Origin: Chloroflexota bacterium
GTDB lineage: Bacteria; Chloroflexota; JAJPGV01
Length of the DNA: 58,474 nucleotides
Direction of reading: 5' to 3'
NCBI GenBank assembly: GCA_050695655.1
Contig: JBOGTU010000166.1
Span: 1-58,474, forward strand
Each line of letters starts with the position of its first letter. Position 1 is the stretch's first letter. Positions 51,396 through 58,474 of the stretch are shown in pieces. Made by a program: the position numbers and the translations under genes. The notes below the pieces were generated by a model that worked only from the letters and a program-made list of their open reading frames with translations, made no database searches and was not told the origin of the DNA.

Positions 51396-52205
51396 ATGAT
51401 GAGCACGATGAATCGATACGCGGGCAAAACGGCGCTGGTGACAGGCGCATCCTCGGGCATTGGCGAGGCCTTCGCCCACGCCCTGGCCGCGCGACGCATG
51501 GCGCTCATCCTCACCGCGCGGAGCGAGCAGCGCCTCAACGCGCTCGCCGCGGAGCTGTCCGCGGCACATGGCATCGCCGCCGTTGCCATTCCCGCGGACC
51601 TCAGTCGCGAAGGCGGTTCCGCTGGATTGGTGGCCGCGGTTCAGGGGCGTGGCCTCACCGTGGACCTGCTGGTCAACAACGCCGGCTTCAGCAATCAGGG
51701 GCCATTTGCCCAGCTGGATGGTGCGAAAGAACAGGGCGAGATCCTGGTGAACGTGGCCTCCGTGGTGGGCCTGACGCATGCGTTCCTGCCACCGATGATC
51801 CAGCGCCGCGCCGGCGCCATCATCAACGTCGCGTCCGTAGTGGCCTTCTTCCCTCTGCCGTACCAGGGTGTGTACGGTGCCAGCAAGGCCTTCGTCCTCT
51901 CCTTCTCACACAGCCTGGCCGCGGAGCTGCGAGGCAGCGGCGTCCAGGTGCTGGCCGTGTGCCCCGGCACCACGGCCACCAACTTCTTCTCAGCCATGGG
52001 CTCCGACCACCTGCTGGAAACCGCCAGCCGCTTCAACAGCATACGCGCGCCGCGGCAGGTCGCCGGGACTGCCCTGCGCGCGCTGGATCGCGGCCGCACC
52101 GTGGCCGTGGACGGCGCGGCCAACCGCGCCCTCACACTGGTTACCAACCTGCTGCCAGCCGCGGCCCTGGCTCGCGCGATCGCGCGCGTCACGCGACCCA
52201 CTTGA
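51396..52205 (+). CDS. Short-chain dehydrogenase/reductase (SDR) family oxidoreductase
   Basis: TALVTGASSGIGEA cofactor motif, NNAG, and catalytic YGASKAF. Confidence 0.85.
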   Translation: MMSTMNRYAGKTALVTGASSGIGEAFAHALAARRMALILTARSEQRLNALAAELSAAHGIAAVAIPADLSREGGSAGLVAAVQGRGLTVDLLVNNAGFSNQGPFAQLDGAKEQGEILVNVASVVGLTHAFLPPMIQRRAGAIINVASVVAFFPLPYQGVYGASKAFVLSFSHSLAAELRGSGVQVLAVCPGTTATNFFSAMGSDHLLETASRFNSIRAPRQVAGTALRALDRGRTVAVDGAANRALTLVTNLLPAAALARAIARVTRPT

Positions 52206-52328
52206 GCGCGGCAACGGGCCGCGGTGCAGAGGTGGCCGCTCTGTACGATACGAGGGTAGGCCGATCGTGGCTCGCGAGGCAGGGAACCGTGAGACGCCGA
52301 ATTGGGTGGACGGGCTAAGGAGGAGCGA

Positions 52329-53168
52329 GTGGCAGAGCAGGGCGCACGGCGAGCGTTCCGATTTGGAGTGGTGGCCGCGCCGGCGGGCGGGGGTGAGCAA
52401 TGGCGCACGCTGGCGCAGCGAGTCGAGCAGCTCGGCTACTCAACACTGCTGTCACCGGATGGCCTCCAGCTGCTCTCCCCCATAGCGGCGCTGGCGGTCG
52501 CGGCCAGCGTCACGACGCACCTACGTGTGGGCACCTTTGTGATGGCCAGCCCGCTGCGGCCACCGTGGCTGGCCGCGTGGGATGCGCACAGCCTCTCGGT
52601 GCTGGTGGGCGGCCGGTTCGAGCTGGGCATCGGCACTGGCCGGCCGGAGGTGGCAGCACAGGTCGCGGAGCTGGAGGGGCAGCCACAGAGCTCGCCCGGG
52701 CAGCGCCTGGGTCAGGTGGAGCAGACCATCGATCGCCTGCGCGAACTGGATGGCGCCCAGCACACGCCGGTGATGATCGCCGCCTCGGGCCCCAGGGCGC
52801 GCGCGCTGGCCGCGGCCAAGGCAGATATTGTCACGCTGGCCGCGGGCCCGCTCGCCACGCGCGATGAGATGCGCCTGCTCTCCCAAGATCTGCTGGCGAA
52901 GGCTGGCGATCGCGCGGCGAGCCTTGAGCTGGCGCTGAACATCTTTGTCGTGGGGGAGGATGTGCCGCCCTGGATGGCGCAGTTCATGGGTGTGGACTCG
53001 GCCGCGCTGCGCACCGCGGATTCGCTGTCGATGCTGCGAGGTACCCGCCAGCAGATGGTGGACGAGCTGCTTCGGCGGCGCGATGCCTGTGGGGCGAGCT
53101 ACATCAGCGTGAACGCTGCCTTCTTTGAGCAGCTGGCGCCGGTGGTGGAGCAGCTTCACGGGCGCTGA
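52329..53168 (+). CDS. LLM-class (luciferase-like) F420-dependent oxidoreductase
   Basis: FRFGVV N-terminus with LGYSTLLSPDG and RFELGIGTGRPE motifs. GTG 52329 follows AAGGAGGAG-cga. Confidence 0.75.
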   Translation: MAEQGARRAFRFGVVAAPAGGGEQWRTLAQRVEQLGYSTLLSPDGLQLLSPIAALAVAASVTTHLRVGTFVMASPLRPPWLAAWDAHSLSVLVGGRFELGIGTGRPEVAAQVAELEGQPQSSPGQRLGQVEQTIDRLRELDGAQHTPVMIAASGPRARALAAAKADIVTLAAGPLATRDEMRLLSQDLLAKAGDRAASLELALNIFVVGEDVPPWMAQFMGVDSAALRTADSLSMLRGTRQQMVDELLRRRDACGASYISVNAAFFEQLAPVVEQLHGR

Positions 53169-53261
53169 GTGTTCTTCTGCCGGGCACAGATTCAGCTTCG
53201 CTCTTGAACAATGCGCGCTGGAATGCTAAGAAGTGGAAGCAACTGACGAGGAAGGATCGAC

Positions 53262-54578
53262 ATGCTCAGCCAAGAAGACAACGACTACCTCTGCCACATC
53301 GGGCCAGGCACGCCCATGGGCGCGTTCATGCGCGAGTACTGGGTGCCGGCCGTACTGTCGGATGAGCTGCCCACACCGGACTGCGCGCCCCTGCGTGTGC
53401 GGCTGCTGGGGGAAGACCTCATCGCCTTTCGGGTGACCTCCGGCAAGGTGGGCCTGGTGCAGAACTCCTGCCCACACCGTGGCGCCAGCCTCTTTTTCGG
53501 CCGCAATGAAGAACAGGGGTTGCGTTGCGTCTATCACGGCTGGAAGTTCGACCTTGCCGGCCAGTGCGTGGACATGCCCAATGAGCCGGCAGAAAGCAAC
53601 TTCAAGCAGAAGATCAAGGCCGTCGCCTACCCCTGCGTGGAACGCAACGGCATCATCTGGACCTATATGGGGTCACGCGGCACTCCGCCGCCGCTGCCCG
53701 ACTTCGAGGCCAACATGCTGGGCGAGGGCAGCTACGACATCTCGATCATTCACCGGCCCTGCAACTGGATGCAGGGCTGGGAGGGCGAGATGGACACGGT
53801 GCACCAGGCCTTCCTACACAACGGTGCCGTGAAGGTGGCAGACACGACGCCCGACACGTTGGATTACTACATCGCCCGTACGCCCGCACCGCTGTTCAGC
53901 GTGGTGGAAACGGAGTTCGGCACGTCCTATGGCGCCTGGCGCCCGGCGGATGACGACACCTACTACTGGCGCATCGCCCACATGCTGTTCCCCTTTTACG
54001 CCATGATCCCCACCGGCGCCATCGGCCACGAGGTGCGCTTCGCGGCCTATGTGCCGATGGACGACACCCACACCCTCCATTGGGAGATCGCCGCGCGGCT
54101 GAATAACGACGCTGAGCTGCCAACGTGGGCCCGCCGTCCGCAGGGGCGCGGTGGGCCGGCCAACCGCCCTCGGGATCTCTTTCTGCCCAACACCAGCGAC
54201 TGGTACGGGCGCTTCAACACTCGCCAGAACTGGGACAATGACTACGAGATCGATCGCGACGCGCAGCGGAACTGGAAGAGCTACACCGGCATCGCCGGCA
54301 TTCGCCAGCAGGATATGGCCGTCACGGAGAGCATGGGGGCCATCATGGATCGCACCAAGGAGCACCTGGGCACCACCGATGCCCTCATCATCCGCACCCG
54401 CCGCAAGCTCATAGCCAGCGCCCGGGCGCTGGCGGAGCAAGGGACCATTCCACCAGGTGTGGATTCGCCCGAGGTCTACCGCCAGCGCTCCGGTGGGGTG
54501 GTGCTGCCGCGCGAGCAGGGCTGGTGGGATGGCACCGCCGAGCTGCGCGGCCGCTTCTCCGAGGCCGCCGTCCGTTAG
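53262..54578 (+). CDS. Rieske [2Fe-2S] aromatic ring-hydroxylating oxygenase, alpha subunit (phthalate-family-like)
   Basis: Rieske motif CPHRGASL...CVYHGWKF, with a mononuclear-iron region NWMQGWEGEMDTVHQAFLH. GAGGAAGGA RBS. Confidence 0.85.
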   Translation: MLSQEDNDYLCHIGPGTPMGAFMREYWVPAVLSDELPTPDCAPLRVRLLGEDLIAFRVTSGKVGLVQNSCPHRGASLFFGRNEEQGLRCVYHGWKFDLAGQCVDMPNEPAESNFKQKIKAVAYPCVERNGIIWTYMGSRGTPPPLPDFEANMLGEGSYDISIIHRPCNWMQGWEGEMDTVHQAFLHNGAVKVADTTPDTLDYYIARTPAPLFSVVETEFGTSYGAWRPADDDTYYWRIAHMLFPFYAMIPTGAIGHEVRFAAYVPMDDTHTLHWEIAARLNNDAELPTWARRPQGRGGPANRPRDLFLPNTSDWYGRFNTRQNWDNDYEIDRDAQRNWKSYTGIAGIRQQDMAVTESMGAIMDRTKEHLGTTDALIIRTRRKLIASARALAEQGTIPPGVDSPEVYRQRSGGVVLPREQGWWDGTAELRGRFSEAAVR

Positions 54579-54585
54579 GCGAAGG

Positions 54586-55325
54586 CTAATGGCCCATGGC
54601 TGCCTTGAGCTTGGCATCGATCCACAGGTACTTGGTCCACTGCCAGACTCCAGCCCAGCCGGTCCAGTTGATGCCGTAGTAGGTCTGGGCGTAGGGCCAC
54701 CACAGGTTGTACTGGTAGGGCACCGGCATGAAGATGGCCCAGGCCGACTGCAGCTCGTGCACGCCCGCCGCCTTCATCGCCTCGAAGTAGTTGTTGGGCT
54801 GGGCCACCATGTATTTGGCGATGTCGTCCGGCACGTTCAGGTAGTAGGGGTCTTTCATGTGTGCCCGGTTCGAGAGCATGCCAGCTTTCGTCGTCAGCAT
54901 TTCATCCGGCGCCCAGATGCCAATGGCGCTACCCCACCACATCTGGTCGAAGTTGTTGGTTCCGCCCACAGCGTTGTACTGGCTCTGATCCATCGCCTGA
55001 ATCTGCATGTCGATGCCAACCTTGGACAGGTAACCCTGCAGCAGGGCCATCTCGTCCGACTGGCTTGACGGTCCCTGGATCTTGGTCTTGGCTTGCTTGA
55101 GGGTAACCTTGGCACCTCTCTGCAAAGCGGTCAGAGTGTGGCAACGCTGCTGGTCCAGCGTTTGCCCGTATCGCTCGAGCCGCCGGAGCTGCCCATCTGG
55201 GCGATCATCATGTCCACGACGTTGCCCGGGATGAAGCGCACCGAGAGGAACACCACCACCGTGACCACGAGCATGGTGGGGATGAGGAGGATCAACCTCC
55301 GGATTACATAAGCCGCCAATGTCAT
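54586..55325 (-). pseudogene. ABC transporter remnants: permease N-terminal fragment (55131-55325) abutting an SBP_bac_5-type binding-protein C-terminal fragment (54586-~55110)
   Basis: MTLAAYVIRRLILLIPTMLVVTVVVFLSVRFIPGNVVDMM is a DppB/OppB-type permease N-terminus that stops after 64 codons. A different frame downstream encodes the last ~170 aa of a family-5 solute-binding protein (LLQGYLSKVGIDMQIQAMDQSQY...PVPYQYNLWWPY...). Neither has the rest of its gene. Confidence 0.55.
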
Positions 55326-55476
55326 TCCGCTTCTCGGGCTCCGCCCCTCTCGGGGACATCCGGGCCACCGGGACGCGAAATTTCCGGCATCCTACCATAC
55401 AGAGAGGCCGGGACAGCGGTGTCAGCGGGCTGAAGACGACAGGTTCTGTCTACGTGAACAGCAATCTCTTCAAGCC

Positions 55477-55953
55477 TTAGCGGCGGTTCAGCGCAAGCGT
55501 CTGATAGCGGCGGAGCAGCGTTTGCCACCACTCGGCAAGACGCAGTTGGGTGGCCTCCAGCGGGAAGCCATGGCGCGCCACGTGATCCCGCGGAATCGTG
55601 TCCCAGCCAAGATGCTCCACGACAACTCGGGTTTCCGAGCCTAGCGGCTCGAAGCGAACGTGGACCTCAGTCTGCTGGTCCGGCCCAAAACCCTCCTGGC
55701 GCCACTGGAACGCGAGACGCGCGGGTGGGTCCCATACGATCACCCGGCCAACCTCGAAAAGCGTTCCGTCGGGCTGTGTCTCGACCAACCGCCCATCCGC
55801 TCCGGCCTCGAAGGCGAGCCTGCCTGGACCTCGGGCTGTGAAGCGGAAGAGGCCGTTAGCTTGCCACCAGTCGCCAATTTCGCCGGTAAACGCCTGGAAC
55901 GCGCGCTCGGGGGAAACGTCCACCCGCAGCGCCACGACCACGCGGGACGGCAT
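55477..55953 (-). CDS. SRPBCC family protein (AHSA1/START-like)
   Basis: SPERAFQAFTGEIGDWW and RLAFQW...EVHVRFEPLG..TRVVVEH are typical of Aha1-domain SRPBCC proteins. The start overlaps the ArsR stop by 1 nt (TGATG). Confidence 0.75.
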   Translation of the reverse strand: MPSRVVVALRVDVSPERAFQAFTGEIGDWWQANGLFRFTARGPGRLAFEAGADGRLVETQPDGTLFEVGRVIVWDPPARLAFQWRQEGFGPDQQTEVHVRFEPLGSETRVVVEHLGWDTIPRDHVARHGFPLEATQLRLAEWWQTLLRRYQTLALNRR

Positions 55954-56285
55954 CAGCCAGTCTCCAGATGAGCCTTAAGGGCGGTCAGCTGTTCGGCCCA
56001 CACTCGTTCGGTCACATCCAGCCACGCCTTCAGTTCGGCCACCGGCTCCGGCCGGAGCGTGTAGATGCGGATGCGAGCGTCGAAAGGCGGATGACTCTCC
56101 GTTACCAGTCCAGTCAGGCGCAGGCGACGCAAGTGCCGGCTCATGGACGGCGCAGGCAGTTCCAGTGCAGCGGCCAGTTCGCCTGCCCGCCGGGGGCCCT
56201 GCCGCAGGATTTCTATCGTTCGGCGGCGCTCAGGCTCCGCCAGCGCCTCCAGCGTGCGGTCCAGGCGGGTAACGGCAACGCTCAC
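55953..56285 (-). CDS. ArsR/SmtB family transcriptional regulator
   Basis: LEALAEPERRRTIEILRQGPRRAGELAAALELPAPSMSRHLRRLRLTGLV is a winged-HTH. GTG start at 56285. Confidence 0.8.
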   Translation of the reverse strand: MSVAVTRLDRTLEALAEPERRRTIEILRQGPRRAGELAAALELPAPSMSRHLRRLRLTGLVTESHPPFDARIRIYTLRPEPVAELKAWLDVTERVWAEQLTALKAHLETG

Positions 56286-56313
56286 GTGCGTGCCCTGGGT
56301 GGTGGCGCCATGG

Positions 56314-56784
56314 TCAGGCCCAGTTGGGGGCCACGATGTTCGCCCCCAGCGTCCGCTGCGCCTCTTCGCGCGACACATTCCGCACTGTTTGGCCCATGCT
56401 CCACACGTGGCCCTCCGGATCCTTGGCGAGGTACGTGCGGTCGCCATAGAACTCGTCCTGGGGCGCTCGGATGATCTCGGCGCCGGCGGCTCGGGCCCGC
56501 GCGCAGTGAGCGTCCACGTCGCTCTCCAGGTGAACGTGCACGCTGGCCGTGTTGGCACCGCCCACCGAGGCGGAGCTCTTCACCCACTCCGCCCACTCGC
56601 CGCCAACCATGACGCGCCCCTTGCCGCCAATGCTCATCTCCGCGTGCATCATCGTTGGATCACCCTCTGGCCCTTCAATGAGCATGCTGATTTCGAAGCC
56701 GAACGCTCTCTCCAGCCAGGCCAGTGCCGCCTTGGGGTCGCGGTACGAAACCGACGCCACGAATGGCTCATCGAACGCACCCAT
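56314..56784 (-). CDS. VOC (glyoxalase/bleomycin resistance/dioxygenase) family protein
   Basis: YRDPKAALAWLERAFGFE...HAEM...DVDAHCARARAAGAEIIRAPQDEFYGDRTYLAKDPEGHVWS is a typical VOC beta-alpha-beta-beta-beta module pair. Confidence 0.8.
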   Translation of the reverse strand: MGAFDEPFVASVSYRDPKAALAWLERAFGFEISMLIEGPEGDPTMMHAEMSIGGKGRVMVGGEWAEWVKSSASVGGANTASVHVHLESDVDAHCARARAAGAEIIRAPQDEFYGDRTYLAKDPEGHVWSMGQTVRNVSREEAQRTLGANIVAPNWA

Positions 56785-56936
56785 TTGCTATCTCCTACAA
56801 ATATCTTTCTGTTGGAGAACTATTAACAGATAGGAGAAGTATAAGAGGTACCTGGGCTTGCAACGGGCCGCTCGCGTGCGGAGGGCCGGACGCTCGACGA
56901 CGCGCACATCCTCGTCTGTTAGCATGTGGCACAGCT

Positions 56937-57677
56937 TTGAGCCAGATCACCGCGGCCGTTCGCGCCGACCTTGCACCCACCGGGCGGCTTCGCGCCGGGA
57001 TCAACTACAACAACGTCATTCTCGCCACGAAGGACAAAGTCAGCGGTGACTCACGCGGGGTTGCCATTGACTTGATGGAAGAGCTGGGGACGCGGCTTGG
57101 AGTGGAGACGGAGATCGTGGCCTATGACAGCGTGGGCGCGATGGTTGACGCCGCCGCGGCCAGCGCGTGGGACATCGCCTTCCTCGGCTCGGAGCCAGCG
57201 CGTGAACGCGGCATCAGCTTCAGCCCGGCCTATCTGGAGATCGAGGCCACGTACCTGGTCCAGGGCGCCTCCGCCCTGGAGCACGCCTCACAGGTGGATC
57301 GCGCAGGCATGACGATCGCCGCTCCCGCGCGGGCGAATTACGAGCTGTTCCTGAGCCGGACGCTGCGGCATGCACAGCTGATCAGCGCTCCGAATGGAGG
57401 CGCGGCGTTCGACTTGCTCGTAGCTGGCGAGGTCCATGCGCTGGCGGGCTTGAAGCAGGACCTGCTCGGGCTCGCCGGCCGGCTGCCGGCTTCACGGGTG
57501 CTCGATGGGCGGTTCATGGCCGTGCAGCAGTCTATTGGCTTGCCCAAAGGCCACGACGCGGGGCTGAGCTACCTGCGAGCCATTGTGGAGGAGGCGAAGG
57601 CATCGGGTTTGGTTGCTCGCGCCATCGAGAACACCGGCGCCAGCGGCGTCTCCGTCGCGCCGCCGGCAGCTGCTTGA
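56937..57677 (+). CDS. Family-3 solute-binding (polar amino acid-type) domain protein
   Basis: LRAGINYNN...GVAIDLMEELGTRLG...DIAFLG...SPAYLEIEATYLV...IAAPARANYELFL are SBP_bac_3-like. A TTG start at 56937 is proposed. No clear signal peptide and no transporter partners. Confidence 0.6.
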   Translation: MSQITAAVRADLAPTGRLRAGINYNNVILATKDKVSGDSRGVAIDLMEELGTRLGVETEIVAYDSVGAMVDAAAASAWDIAFLGSEPARERGISFSPAYLEIEATYLVQGASALEHASQVDRAGMTIAAPARANYELFLSRTLRHAQLISAPNGGAAFDLLVAGEVHALAGLKQDLLGLAGRLPASRVLDGRFMAVQQSIGLPKGHDAGLSYLRAIVEEAKASGLVARAIENTGASGVSVAPPAAA

Positions 57678-57687
57678 TGGTGAACGA

Positions 57688-58269
57688 GTGGCCTCGAAAG
57701 CTGGTTTGCCTTCGGGAGTCTTCCCGGTCGCTCTCGTGGGAAGGCGAATTCGGCTGCGAGAGGTAACCAGGGGCGACCTTGACGCCGCCTGGCGCTGGGC
57801 GTCGGACGAAGCCTTCTTCCGGTATCTTCCAAACGCGCAGCCAACCAGAGACGAGGAAGTTGTGTGGCTCGAATCCGTCATCGCGGAGTCACACGGTTCT
57901 CCCCGCCGCCAGTACCAGCTCGGAATCGAGCTGATCGAGACCGGCGAGCTCGTGGGGATGGTGCGGCTTGGGATCGAGTCAGCGGTGCATCGAAGTGCCA
58001 GCCTGGGCTATGGGCTCCGGGCGGACCAGTGGGGACAGGGGCTGACGACCGAAGCCGCGGGGCTCCTCATCGGCTTCGGTTTCGAGACGCTCGGGCTGCA
58101 CCGCGTCTGGGCCACTCATCACCCTGAAAACCTCGCGTCGCGCCGGATTCTGGACAAGCTGGGATTCCAGGAGGAGGGCCGCCGGCGAGACGATCGCTAC
58201 GTGCGTGGACGCTGGTACGACGCCATCGTCTGCTCGATTCTTGACCATGAGTGGGCGGCGCCGCACTGA
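57688..58269 (+). CDS. GNAT family N-acetyltransferase (RimJ/RimL-like)
   Basis: IRLREVTRGDLDAAWRW...LGIEL..TGELVGMVRL...LGYGLRADQWGQGLTTEAAGLLIGFGFETLGLHRVWATHHPENLASRRILDKLGFQEEG matches the Acetyltransf_3 pattern. GTG 57688. Confidence 0.8.
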   Translation: MASKAGLPSGVFPVALVGRRIRLREVTRGDLDAAWRWASDEAFFRYLPNAQPTRDEEVVWLESVIAESHGSPRRQYQLGIELIETGELVGMVRLGIESAVHRSASLGYGLRADQWGQGLTTEAAGLLIGFGFETLGLHRVWATHHPENLASRRILDKLGFQEEGRRRDDRYVRGRWYDAIVCSILDHEWAAPH

Positions 58270-58346
58270 TTCGGGGAGACCGAGTCCCATGAATCGGGCC
58301 TGAGACGAAAGCGGGGGTCATCAACTCTGGCTGCTTGCGCCGCTGC

Positions 58347-58474
58347 TCAGGCTGGCTCTCGCTCGGCGGCCGCTTGTTCGCAGGCCTGCACCAGCTGCAG
58401 GAAGCTCTCGGCGCGCAGACTGGCGGAGCCGGCCAGGAGGCCATCCACGCCCGCTTGAGCGGCGATACCCGCCG
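58347..58474 (-). CDS. tpiA: Triosephosphate isomerase, C-terminal end (5' part outside window)
   Basis: The minus-strand frame reads AGIAAQAGVDGLLAGSASLRAESFLQLVQACEQAAAEREPA-stop. The D(G)xLVGGASL..E.F segment is the conserved TpiA C-terminus. Only 41 codons are visible. Confidence 0.55.
   Translation of the reverse strand, partial: AGIAAQAGVDGLLAGSASLRAESFLQLVQACEQAAAEREPA

Overview
Visibly high-GC (about two-thirds G+C by eye, not computed) bacterial chromosomal window with roughly 60 densely packed genes. I found no rRNA, CRISPR array or intact IS element. The gene content suggests a terrestrial Chloroflexota- or Actinomycetota-like organism, but taxonomy cannot be settled from this window. 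The clues are Tat/lipobox solute-binding proteins with long Ser/Ala linkers, an F420-type LLM oxidoreductase, polyprenol-phosphate mannose synthase, a PIG-V-like membrane glycosyltransferase, and tRNAs without encoded CCA.

The left edge is the 3' part of a large serine recombinase that runs antisense into tRNA-Arg(CCG). This is probably the boundary of an integrated element lying outside the window. The rest is a mosaic of metabolism, transport and signalling genes.

Items most worth a second look:
1. A trehalose locus where an OmpR/HK pair, a TreT-like glycosyltransferase with eroded catalytic motifs and otsA form one apparent operon, with otsB divergent.
2. fliW followed 24 nt later by a eukaryote-type protein arginine methyltransferase (PRMT)-like gene with an intact double-E loop, with no other flagellar gene in 58 kb.
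3. An M-box-like structured leader with duplicated CGGAGGAG and an anti-SD element, upstream of a soluble PRC-barrel/MgtE-N/CBS protein lacking the channel domain.
4. A B12-binding radical SAM protein with a repeat tail, next to miaB and an acidic-tailed TPR protein.
5. Several gene-decay scars: an FAD-oxidoreductase stub next to vapBC, a Phd-VapC fusion remnant, an internal ECF sigma fragment, and ABC permease/SBP fragments.
6. Small tandem repeats at gene starts.

Many long ORFs in the six-frame track are stop-free antisense frames typical of high-GC DNA and were rejected. All family assignments come from motif recognition by eye. No searches were run.
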